From contig JBHLRS010000034.1 of NCBI GenBank assembly GCA_048882325.1, forward strand, positions 1 to 31,946: DNA of 31,946 bases. Reading direction: 5' to 3'. This document shows positions 9,390 to 17,247 of the stretch, one piece after another; within the stretch, counting starts at the first letter, position 1; each line of letters starts with the position of its first letter. The translations under genes and the position numbers were made by a program. The notes under the pieces are model-generated. The model had not been told where the DNA came from, made no database searches, and worked only from the letters and a program-made list of their open reading frames with translations. This stretch comes from Candidatus Thorarchaeota archaeon. Its GTDB lineage: Archaea; Asgardarchaeota; Thorarchaeia; Thorarchaeales; Thorarchaeaceae.

Positions 9390-9791
9390 TCAGAGCTTAA
9401 CATTAGCCTTGATGTACTCTACAATCTCATCAAGCGGAGTCCCCGGACCAAAAATGGCTGAAACTCCAGCCTTCTTCAGTTCAGGAATGTCATCTTCAGG
9501 GATGATGCCACCACCCACTACTAGGATGTCATCGATGCCTTCTTTCTTCAGGAGCTCCATGATCTTTGGAAATAATGCATTGTGAGCTCCGCTCAGAATG
9601 CTTAATCCAATGCAGTGCACTCCTTCATCGAGTGCTGCACGGACCACCATTTCTGGTGTCTGTCTCAGACCAGTGTAGATGACCTCCATTCCTGCATCAC
9701 GAAGAGCACGGGCGACAATCTTTGCGCCGCGGTCATGACCGTCAAGGCCTGGTTTTGCAACAAGTACGCGAATCTTCTTGGACGAACTCAA
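9390..9791 (-). CDS. Methylmalonyl-CoA mutase small (cobalamin-binding) subunit
   Basis: [10 protein letters not shown] (DxHxxG B12 motif), SILSGAH, GGIIP, FGPGT. TTG start with GAGGTG upstream. Confidence 0.95.
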   Translation of the reverse strand: MSSSKKIRVLVAKPGLDGHDRGAKIVARALRDAGMEVIYTGLRQTPEMVVRAALDEGVHCIGLSILSGAHNALFPKIMELLKKEGIDDILVVGGGIIPEDDIPELKKAGVSAIFGPGTPLDEIVEYIKANVKL

Positions 9792-9863
9792 GAACCCACC
9801 TCAGGTTGATAGTTCGTCTGGTGATGAACTTGGTAGTGATATAAAGGCGTTGATTGTGTGCGC

Positions 9864-10853
9864 TTAGTCTTCCATTATATGCACAACATTCTCGCGACCC
9901 TCACGGAATCTTCGAACAAGACCTCGTTCTTCCAAGTTATTGAGAATTAGACTTACCTTAGCCTGTGACATATCGAATTCAGTGTAGAGGTCCTTTTGTG
10001 GGCATGAACCACCCTTCTGACGTATCACCTCTAGCACCTCTTCCTCCTCAGAGGTGACACCAACAAACTTGACCTGACCAATTCTTTTGATTCGGTGATA
10101 GACCTTTGGACCTCCGATAGTGAGTACAACACCACCAATGACACCAAGAACTGCTATTGCAACAAATAGTAGAAGAGAAGTGCCAAGAGGACCAGATTGC
10201 GTGTTAAAGTATTGATACTTGACGATGAAGACCCGTTCCTGACCAATCTGGAGTGAGTCTGTGAACCAGAGAAAAGCAAGAGAATCTCCATCAGTGTAGT
10301 TTGATTGAGCAGCCGGGAAAAGCGGCACAACTGATTCCCTGGACAGGACAGCATCTTGGGGGAGTACAGCTGTGAATGTGAAATTCGCAATCTCTGTCAA
10401 AGGCCGAACATAGAAACTGAAATCAACATAGTATTTTGTAGAGTCCAAGCTTATTTCAGGATTTGATTGGAGGTCTGACAATTCAAGGTCCAGCTCCACC
10501 CAAACCGATTCGTTTTCTTCGAGTGAAGCAGGAAGAGAAACAATCACTTCTGTATATCTTTGCTGGAGCAATGATGACGAACTTGCATCCGTGTCATCCA
10601 CCTGAACGTCAATTATCTCCACATCAAGCGAATCGATTCTGAAAGAGAGTGATGTTATACTGGAGGATCCTAGATTAGTAGCCTGGGCACGTAGGTTTAG
10701 TGTTGTTATACCATCATATCTCATTGTGGCTGTAATTTCCATGGGATCAAGAATGACATCCTCGAATTGGGCAAGTTGCACATCACCCTGAACTGGAAGG
10801 AATAGCATGGATGCAAGAACAAATGAAGCAATCACCAATACTATTCGTCGCAC
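9864..10853 (-). CDS. Membrane-spanning winged-HTH regulator (signal peptide, extracellular beta domain, TM, MarR-like wHTH; COG2512-like)
   Basis: N-terminal signal, acidic beta-rich domain, TM 'LLLFVAIAVLGVIGGVVLTIG', then EEEVLEVI..GG..QKDL..SQAKVSLILNNLEERGLVRR..GREN. Start GTG 10853 or 10868. Confidence 0.85.
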   Translation of the reverse strand: MRRIVLVIASFVLASMLFLPVQGDVQLAQFEDVILDPMEITATMRYDGITTLNLRAQATNLGSSSITSLSFRIDSLDVEIIDVQVDDTDASSSSLLQQRYTEVIVSLPASLEENESVWVELDLELSDLQSNPEISLDSTKYYVDFSFYVRPLTEIANFTFTAVLPQDAVLSRESVVPLFPAAQSNYTDGDSLAFLWFTDSLQIGQERVFIVKYQYFNTQSGPLGTSLLLFVAIAVLGVIGGVVLTIGGPKVYHRIKRIGQVKFVGVTSEEEEVLEVIRQKGGSCPQKDLYTEFDMSQAKVSLILNNLEERGLVRRFREGRENVVHIMED

Positions 10854-10943
10854 TGTGTCACACCACACTTAGATGATATCATGTTTCTACTATTGTATGA
10901 GTCGCATTTCATCTATTCATAAGACTTCTTGTAGGAATATGGT

Positions 10944-10968
10944 GGGTAGTGGCTAGGAACCACTACCC
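10944..10968 (-). terminator. Perfect 9-bp hairpin downstream of the 10993 gene
   Basis: GGGTAGTGG (10944-10952) and CCACTACCC (10960-10968) with a 7-nt loop, 24 nt after the stop codon. No strong U-tract follows. Confidence 0.5.
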
Positions 10969-10992
10969 TAGGTTTACGTGTTTACGAGAGAG

Positions 10993-12165
10993 CTATTTTT
11001 TCCGGACCAATACGACGAGTATTGCGATTAGCGCGACTCCACCGATACCAGCAATTAAGACTGTGTCAATTGGTGTGCTAACTATTGGAACACCTTCTGG
11101 ATACAGACCTATTGATGGATCGTGCAAGATGCTGCCATCGTCAAAGTAGGGATAAGCAAGATAGACTGCAAGACCATCGCCTCGTGGGACATATGACGCA
11201 TTTACATCCACAGCTTCTGTTTCACCACCAGGCCAAGTAATGACTGCTGTATCAAGCCAACTAAAGTATCCTTGAGTAATCTCTGATTCGTAATCAATGA
11301 AATCCATTTTCTGTAACTCAGTACCGTTCATGCATTCGAAACGACTTTCATTGCCCCAGGTAGTTGTCCAATTCATAGCAGAATCAATACTGACATTTCT
11401 GAAGCTCTCGCGAGTTTCCATCCTGTGATGGTGCATGTTCTGGTTGGCTGTTGCCTCATTTTCCCGCTGGAGAGTTTCGACTGCCACTTTTGAGTTCTCA
11501 CTACTGAATGGAAAATTGCCGATCTCAATATCCATCTTCAATTCTGAACGACCTGTAACGGTGTAGTTGAAATGGACCCCATGATCATCAGTAACCTCGC
11601 CTGTGTAATCCTCGAGGTAGATGTGAGCCCAGATTTGGATTGTCACGTCAGAGAATCTCTGAATGTCACCCATACCCTCCATCGAGGCGAGTGGCATACC
11701 AGGCATCATCGAACTCTTAACACCGGATTTGGTGTACTTCAACCAAACCTCTGTGATAACATCACCGTCTCTAACATCCCCGGTTGTGACTGTCCACTCA
11801 TACGCTGCAAGAGGAGCAAAGTACAGGGTTTCATTTCTCTGATATGCACCATCATCATTCAGGTCCTCAAACTCAGCGAGCATAACATAGCTTGTAGAGA
11901 AGCGAGCACGTGAACCATCCTCATCGACAGTATACCAGAAATGAAACAGTGGTATGTCATCATTAGCCTTGATAGTGATGATGTCAGTATCAATCCAGAT
12001 GGACCCATCACTTCCATGCATATGATCAGGCATACCAGGCATGGATCGGTCCATTGGCCGGTCCATGCCGTACATAGCGGTTGCGGTGGTGGTCATGGTC
12101 CCAATCATGGCGACCACAATGAAAAATCCAAGTAGCGTTCTTTGTAGTGTATTCAGGTTTGTCAC
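10993..12165 (-). CDS. Secreted, C-terminally anchored Met/His-rich surface protein
   Basis: GTG 12165 with GGGGA upstream; signal peptide ends ATA|M. Met/His clusters, a DxNDDG Ca-loop-like motif, several N-x-S/T sequons, HDPSIG, then TM + RKK. Confidence 0.8.
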   Translation of the reverse strand: MTNLNTLQRTLLGFFIVVAMIGTMTTTATAMYGMDRPMDRSMPGMPDHMHGSDGSIWIDTDIITIKANDDIPLFHFWYTVDEDGSRARFSTSYVMLAEFEDLNDDGAYQRNETLYFAPLAAYEWTVTTGDVRDGDVITEVWLKYTKSGVKSSMMPGMPLASMEGMGDIQRFSDVTIQIWAHIYLEDYTGEVTDDHGVHFNYTVTGRSELKMDIEIGNFPFSSENSKVAVETLQRENEATANQNMHHHRMETRESFRNVSIDSAMNWTTTWGNESRFECMNGTELQKMDFIDYESEITQGYFSWLDTAVITWPGGETEAVDVNASYVPRGDGLAVYLAYPYFDDGSILHDPSIGLYPEGVPIVSTPIDTVLIAGIGGVALIAILVVLVRKK

Positions 12166-12187
12166 CCAGTGTCCCCTGCAAAATATG

Positions 12188-12196
12188 TATTTATAA
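12188..12196 (-). promoter_or_regulatory. TATA box for the Met/His-rich surface protein gene
   Basis: TTATAAATA on the minus strand, ending 22 nt upstream of GTG 12165. Confidence 0.6.
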
Positions 12197-12202
12197 TGAC
12201 CA

Positions 12203-12236
12203 TTTCGTGACGAAAGAAAATTCATGATGAAAGAAG
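12203..12236. promoter_or_regulatory. Tandem palindromic operator-like repeat (17-bp period)
   Basis: TTTCGT-G-ACGAAA (12203-12215) and ATTCAT-G-ATGAAA (12220-12232), each followed by GAA; begins 6 nt from the TATA box. Confidence 0.65.
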
Positions 12237-12398
12237 GTAAATGGGGCGCGTTTTGAGATTTTGAAGCTTTATGGATGCTTGCAAGGCTTTGTTTCGTTCC
12301 CAAAGAGGAGTACATTTTTCTGTTGGTTAGTACAGACGCAGTTCAAGGTTATTAGGCTTCAAGTGAAAGTGCACGTGATAAAGGGGCGTAAACTAAGC

Positions 12399-12665
12399 AT
12401 GGCTGCAGAAATACACGAAAGAACTCAGTTCGATTGGTTCAGCATAGCACGTATACACGAAACAAGGGGTGAATATGAGGAAGCTCTGAGGGCATATGAA
12501 GAGTCTATCAGGCTTGATGGCAACTACGCCAAGGCTTGGTTCTACAAAGCAAAACTCCACTATAGGTTGAAGCAGAAAGCAGAGGCAAAGGAATGCATAA
12601 AGAGAGTCCTTGAGCTTGAACCTGATTGGGAGAAATATGTAAAGAAGTATATGCCTGACTTGTAA
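12399..12665 (+). CDS. Small TPR protein (88 aa), paralog of 5952-6227
   Basis: ALRAYEESIRL; YAKAWFYK...LEPDW. Aligns without gaps to the other TPR protein. Confidence 0.85.
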   Translation: MAAEIHERTQFDWFSIARIHETRGEYEEALRAYEESIRLDGNYAKAWFYKAKLHYRLKQKAEAKECIKRVLELEPDWEKYVKKYMPDL

Positions 12666-12666
12666 A

Positions 12667-13116
12667 TTATTGGAGGGCAGTGGACGAGTCTGGATATAGC
12701 AAAACGTAGATAGCCTGATTCAAGGTCAGGATGTTTCGTTCCACCCACTCCATGACCATCTTCACATTGTCCTCAGATGAGATTTGAGTCAATGCTTTGA
12801 TAGTGGTTTCTTTGCATTGGGGCATACCCAGGAGCTCTTCTATGGTCTGAACAAGAATCATCTGACGAATATCAGGGGTGGTTTCAGTCAACCAGTAGAG
12901 CACGTTGTCTCTCGCTCCTTTATCAACATTAGATGATTTTGCAGCCTCACTGATCGCATTAGAAACAGCGTTTCCATCCTTAAGTTCAGCAAGTTCATTC
13001 CTAATGATTGTGACAATGGCCTCCGTGTTGTCAGGGTCGTGGCTCAGAATGTCAATAAGGTCCGAACGGGCTTGTGCTGGGCCACTGGGGTCTTTGTCAT
13101 CACTCAAAGTTCTCAT
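12667..13116 (-). CDS. Hypothetical all-alpha acidic protein
   Basis: AAGGAG RBS; start ATG 13116 or the better-spaced TTG 13107. Amphipathic helical pattern; no family recognised. Confidence 0.7.
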   Translation of the reverse strand: MRTLSDDKDPSGPAQARSDLIDILSHDPDNTEAIVTIIRNELAELKDGNAVSNAISEAAKSSNVDKGARDNVLYWLTETTPDIRQMILVQTIEELLGMPQCKETTIKALTQISSEDNVKMVMEWVERNILTLNQAIYVLLYPDSSTALQ

Positions 13117-13204
13117 ACTCCTTTCTCTGCAAAGATTGTGTGCTGAAAGGGACTCTTTCTGGTGGTTAATATGTTTGTTTCGTTGGTATCTGCAATCTAA
13201 TAAT

Positions 13205-13957
13205 CTAGAGCAACTCAGCAAATTCAATGATTGACTTTAGTACAAAATCAGGAGTTGTAGGAACGCCATACTTGGCAATCAGGTCTTCAAGAGACCTCCC
13301 TCGATGATTTATCCAAACTGTAGTCATACCTACTGATTTAGCACCCACCATGTCGGCGTAATACTCATCGCCAACATAGAGTGCTCTAGAACCCTCTGTG
13401 TTTAAGTCATGCAAAGCCCTCTCGAATATGGCCTTCATTGGTTTGAATGCTCGGACATCTCCACAATCAACAATGGAAGAGAAGAAATCAGCAAGTTCCA
13501 GTTTATTGAGGATGATTTTTGCATGTCCACTAAAGGAGTTGGATATCACCCCAAGCTTGATTTCTTGCGCTTTTAGCTTCTCGAGCATTTCAGCCACGCC
13601 ATCGTGAGCTACCGACAGCTCAAGATGCAGGGTCTTGAATCGTTCTGTTGCCTCATCTATGAGTTTGGGATTATACAGATGGTCAATATCCTCCATGCTG
13701 TTTTTCATTGCAGTGTGGACAATTTCAGATGCAGAACGATAGGGTGCACCTTCAACAATGGTCTGAATTGCTGTTGTATACCTGATGAATAGATTTCGAA
13801 GGAAAGACCCTTTGATTTCCTCAGAGTCTACACCAGATTTGGTGAGCAACCAATCACTGGCAACAACTGGATAGTTATGGGTGTTAGTAAGTGTCGAGTC
13901 CATATCAAAGATGACCGCCTCAAATAGGGTTATGTCAAATTCATTCAAGACAGTCAA
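13205..13957 (-). CDS. HAD-superfamily hydrolase (subfamily IA)
   Basis: Motif I FDMDSTL, motif II VISN, motif III KP, motif IV GDEYYAD. Confidence 0.92.
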   Translation of the reverse strand: MTVLNEFDITLFEAVIFDMDSTLTNTHNYPVVASDWLLTKSGVDSEEIKGSFLRNLFIRYTTAIQTIVEGAPYRSASEIVHTAMKNSMEDIDHLYNPKLIDEATERFKTLHLELSVAHDGVAEMLEKLKAQEIKLGVISNSFSGHAKIILNKLELADFFSSIVDCGDVRAFKPMKAIFERALHDLNTEGSRALYVGDEYYADMVGAKSVGMTTVWINHRGRSLEDLIAKYGVPTTPDFVLKSIIEFAELL

Positions 13958-13969
13958 ATCTCCAGACTG

Positions 13970-14740
13970 CTATCCACCTTTTCCAAGATAGATTCCTTTC
14001 GGATCGAGCTTGTGCATGATATCAAGTTGTTCTTTGGTTGGCTCACTTGTCGTAGAAACTTCATCGGGCACCAACAAATCAAACATCACATTGTCTAATA
14101 TGTCTTGAACTGTGTATCCTGGATGAACGGACTTCAGCCGAATCTTCAGTGTTCCAGGGTCGAAATCCATCTGGCACATATCTGTGATGACAATTTCTGG
14201 ACCGTTTCCAACCATGGACCATTTCTCACGCGACCCAGGGCCTTCGAGATGCCCAGGAGAGGTCATGTAGTCCAGCTCTTTCACAAACTTCCGCTTGTCA
14301 TGGGCCATCATCACAATAAGCCGCTTCGCTGAGGATGCAATGTCGTTGCCACCACCACTCCCCGGGAGCTTCACCTTAGGCTTGTTATAAGGTCCGATGT
14401 AGCTTGTGTTCAAGTTCCCATATTCGTCAATCTGAGCCGCACCGAGAAAACCAACATCGATTCGACCACCTTGAAGTAAGAATCCCAGAGTTTCTATTAG
14501 CCCAATAGAAGCAGAGGAACCATAGTAGTATCGAGTGTCAGCTACAGATAGGGGGACCTCTCTTGGACGTGCGTCAATAAAACCAGCCTCAGAGATGAGG
14601 TTGGAGCGAGGTGCATGGGTTTCCTTTGCGAGCAGTGCAGCTAGCAGCGGCATCCCGGTTCCGCCAAAGACATTCTCGCCGTCACGAACGTGGCTTGAGG
14701 CACAAGCAATCAAAAACTCAGTTTTACTGTACTCAACCAT
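13970..14740 (-). CDS. Family I CoA-transferase beta subunit (GctB-like)
   Basis: GTGMP, LISEAG (catalytic Glu position), GFLGAAQIDEYGNLN, LPGSGGGND. ATG 14740 lies 2 nt after the alpha-subunit stop. Confidence 0.9.
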   Translation of the reverse strand: MVEYSKTEFLIACASSHVRDGENVFGGTGMPLLAALLAKETHAPRSNLISEAGFIDARPREVPLSVADTRYYYGSSASIGLIETLGFLLQGGRIDVGFLGAAQIDEYGNLNTSYIGPYNKPKVKLPGSGGGNDIASSAKRLIVMMAHDKRKFVKELDYMTSPGHLEGPGSREKWSMVGNGPEIVITDMCQMDFDPGTLKIRLKSVHPGYTVQDILDNVMFDLLVPDEVSTTSEPTKEQLDIMHKLDPKGIYLGKGG

Positions 14741-14742
14741 TC

Positions 14743-15657
14743 TTAGTACCCCCATGGCTTTCTTGCCTTCAGCTGATGCAAACGTGGCCAACCAACTAGG
14801 TCGAGATAACCGTAATGATCTTCAACCCCGAGGATGTAGCCATTAAGATATTCCTCCCAGCCCTCCTCAGTACTGGTAAGCTTGTGGAACATCATGAGGT
14901 GTTCCAGATCATAATCGTAGTAATCATGACACATCATGGGATGAGCGGCATATGGTAGGACCACAACATGGTCAACATACATTGCGGGTATCTTTGTCTG
15001 GTCAGGTCGAGAACGGACTTCCTCTTCATCAATGATCTCTTCAGCCAGCACTATGAGCTTCTTTCCACATCGAGACCCCTCAATGTCTTCTCCGACGATG
15101 CCATCAATTTGAGCGTTGCCAGTCTTATCGACACGCTGAACATGAACAATGCTGAAGTCTGGCTGTAGAGATGGAACAACTGTGAGTTTCTGACCAGTGA
15201 AGGGACAGTCAATGACCTTGAGTTTGTCATCTCCCCGATAGCGAGAGAGTCGAACCATATCAGTGCCCATCATACTCCGTAGTGGCATAAATGGTACATT
15301 TAGAGCCCCTCCAAGAAAACGCATCGCCATTGCAAGGTTGGTATAGTCCTCAACTTCCAGAACGCCCTCGGAAACTCGACGTCGGATGTTGTTTGAGAGA
15401 CCCAAGGCTTCAATTGCTGAGAAAGCAATCTCATATCTGTTTACTACTCGTGCTCCCGCCATGATTTCCAAATCCACCTCGGACCCGCAAGTGTACACAG
15501 TAAGATTCCTCTTCTTCTGTCTGACTAGCTCGTGGGAGAATGCAATGGGAGGTCTCTGATATCCAAAACCACCCCAGAACAAACCATCTCCATCTGACAC
15601 CTTCTTCGCTGCTTCTGCAAGTGTGATGCGTTTGTCTTCTACTTCAGCCTCTGTCAA
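14743..15657 (-). CDS. Family I CoA-transferase alpha subunit (GctA-like)
   Basis: GGF..RPP.AF.HELVRQ, VPFMP...GTD, CPFTG, PD...VHVQ..D..GN, AHP...YDYD. TTG start with GGGTGA RBS. Confidence 0.9.
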   Translation of the reverse strand: MTEAEVEDKRITLAEAAKKVSDGDGLFWGGFGYQRPPIAFSHELVRQKKRNLTVYTCGSEVDLEIMAGARVVNRYEIAFSAIEALGLSNNIRRRVSEGVLEVEDYTNLAMAMRFLGGALNVPFMPLRSMMGTDMVRLSRYRGDDKLKVIDCPFTGQKLTVVPSLQPDFSIVHVQRVDKTGNAQIDGIVGEDIEGSRCGKKLIVLAEEIIDEEEVRSRPDQTKIPAMYVDHVVVLPYAAHPMMCHDYYDYDLEHLMMFHKLTSTEEGWEEYLNGYILGVEDHYGYLDLVGWPRLHQLKARKPWGY

Positions 15658-15744
15658 ATGTGCTCACCCGACTTTGATATCCGCTTATTCAGGCGGGTCA
15701 GATGCAAAATGCCTTTTATCTTTGACCATGAGTTAGAAAAATTC

Positions 15745-16074
15745 TCAACCCAAAAAAGCCAATAACAGGGCTACGAGGACCGGAATAATGACCACTATTG
15801 TGCAGCAGCATAAACCACCTACACAGAGTGCGCGTGAGAGTGAGATGTCACCCGTAGATGCTGCTTCACCATCAACCACATGAGGACCAAGGAGCCCTTT
15901 TGCAACCCGGATTCCGAGGTCATCATCCATGGGAAACGATCCTGTACCAGAGATATACTCATACCGTTGTTCACATGACGGGCAACGAATTTTGATTGAA
16001 CCTTCAATCGATTGAGAGACCGGTTCAGTCAGACGATGACCACAGAATGGACATTCTGGATATTCAGACATCAT
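15745..16074 (-). CDS. Zn-ribbon protein with C-terminal Cys-rich TM tail (paralog B)
   Basis: CPFC...CPSC, YEYISGTGSF, tail LCVGGLCCCTIVVIIPVLVALLLAFLG. Start ATG 16074 or 16071 with GGAG upstream. Confidence 0.8.
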   Translation of the reverse strand: MMSEYPECPFCGHRLTEPVSQSIEGSIKIRCPSCEQRYEYISGTGSFPMDDDLGIRVAKGLLGPHVVDGEAASTGDISLSRALCVGGLCCCTIVVIIPVLVALLLAFLG

Positions 16075-16096
16075 GACACTCCGTTCTCTCCTCGCT

Positions 16097-16447
16097 CTAC
16101 CATAACCACCAGAATAAACTAAACCCAAGAAATATGGACAATATTACTAGGAGGATGCAAAAGCAGAAAAACGCACCACAACACCCACAACATCCACCCT
16201 GCGGAGTAGGTGGTTCCTGAGTGTCCCAGGATGAGTCTGCCTCATAGTGATATCTTGGCATAGATCCCTCCTGACGAATAGGCCCGGTTCGTTCCTGTTC
16301 TGGAAGTGTGAATGCTCCAAATCCGGGCATATATTCGAAGACACCATTACAGTTTCTGCATCGGAGCTTTATCTTGCTGTCATAATCAACCACGCGGTCG
16401 ATAAGCACTTCATTTCCGCAATAAGGGCAATCTGCTTTTTCAGACAT
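16097..16447 (-). CDS. Zn-ribbon protein with C-terminal Cys-rich TM tail (paralog A)
   Basis: CPYC...CRNC, FEYMPGFGAF, tail GGCCGCCGAFFCFCILLVILSIFLGFSLFWWLW; GAGGA RBS. Confidence 0.8.
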   Translation of the reverse strand: MSEKADCPYCGNEVLIDRVVDYDSKIKLRCRNCNGVFEYMPGFGAFTLPEQERTGPIRQEGSMPRYHYEADSSWDTQEPPTPQGGCCGCCGAFFCFCILLVILSIFLGFSLFWWLW

Positions 16448-16562
16448 TGTTGTTCCTCTGGTGAGTTATCTCCGAGTGATACAAGTGAGCGATTGGTTTT
16501 AAACTTCATCCGTCATGATGTCTTACCTAGTACTAAAAAGGAGGAGTGCTTCAGCCCAGAGT

Positions 16563-17192
16563 ATGTCAGAGAGCAAGAAGTGCCCTACTAGAAGTTTTCC
16601 CGGAGTCTTGGGTATTATAGGGCCTATTTTCGCACTAGGAGCAATTGCAGTTGCAATCCTCCTATCTCTCTCTTGGTTCACATGGGATGGTAATGCGCTC
16701 AGTGATCTTGGGAACTACAACAATGGTATTACTGCGGCCATTGTATTCAATGTAGGACTGGTGCTAGCGGGTTTACTACTCTTAGCATTCACCTTCTGTT
16801 TTACAAGAGCAATCACAGACCTACCCACAAAAATAGGATTGATACCCTTCTTCATCGCCCTGTGCTTCCTCATTGCCATCGGTGTGTTCTCAGAGAATGC
16901 TGGAGAGATTCACTTCTATGTATCAGTTGGATTCTTTGGTAGTTTCCCCTTCTCCATGTGGTTTGTGGGTATTGTGTTTTTGAGATTTAGGAATTATTGG
17001 TGGTTCTCTTTGATCTCAATTATACTGCCATTTTTCTCAATATACATGTGGACTTCGTGGTTTGGTGGTGTGTTTCCCTTCTGGAGTGGAAATGCCATTC
17101 CGGAAATCACCACGGCATTTACAGGAATCGGCTGGCTCTGGTTAATCTGGCTCCTATATGATAGGGGTGACCTCTCAATAATCACTCAGTAA
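16563..17192 (+). CDS. DUF998-family membrane protein
   Basis: About 6 TM; ALSDLG, FNVGL, H-F-Y-V-S-x-x-F-F and terminal PE motifs. Start at ATG 16563 preferred. Confidence 0.8.
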   Translation: MSESKKCPTRSFPGVLGIIGPIFALGAIAVAILLSLSWFTWDGNALSDLGNYNNGITAAIVFNVGLVLAGLLLLAFTFCFTRAITDLPTKIGLIPFFIALCFLIAIGVFSENAGEIHFYVSVGFFGSFPFSMWFVGIVFLRFRNYWWFSLISIILPFFSIYMWTSWFGGVFPFWSGNAIPEITTAFTGIGWLWLIWLLYDRGDLSIITQ

Positions 17193-17215
17193 AGTAGTAG
17201 ACTAGGAAGTGGATG

Positions 17216-17239
17216 GGACCCAGCCCTCAAGCTGAGCCC
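17216..17239 (-). terminator. Hairpin between the convergent DUF998 and beta-helix genes
   Basis: Minus-strand RNA GGGCUCAGC-UUGAGG-GCUGGGUCC pairs fully with two G-U wobbles; 8 nt after the beta-helix gene stop. Confidence 0.5.
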
Positions 17240-17247
17240 GTTCCAAA

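Noticed and set aside
12166-12398. Overlapping N-terminal extensions of the 10993(-) and 12261(+) ORFs
   Set aside because: The region contains the TATA box and operator-like repeats and is better read as a divergent promoter.
5952-12665. Inverted TPR genes as the ends of a mobile element
   Set aside because: Similarity is only about 35% at protein level; no DNA terminal repeats, transposase or integrase seen.
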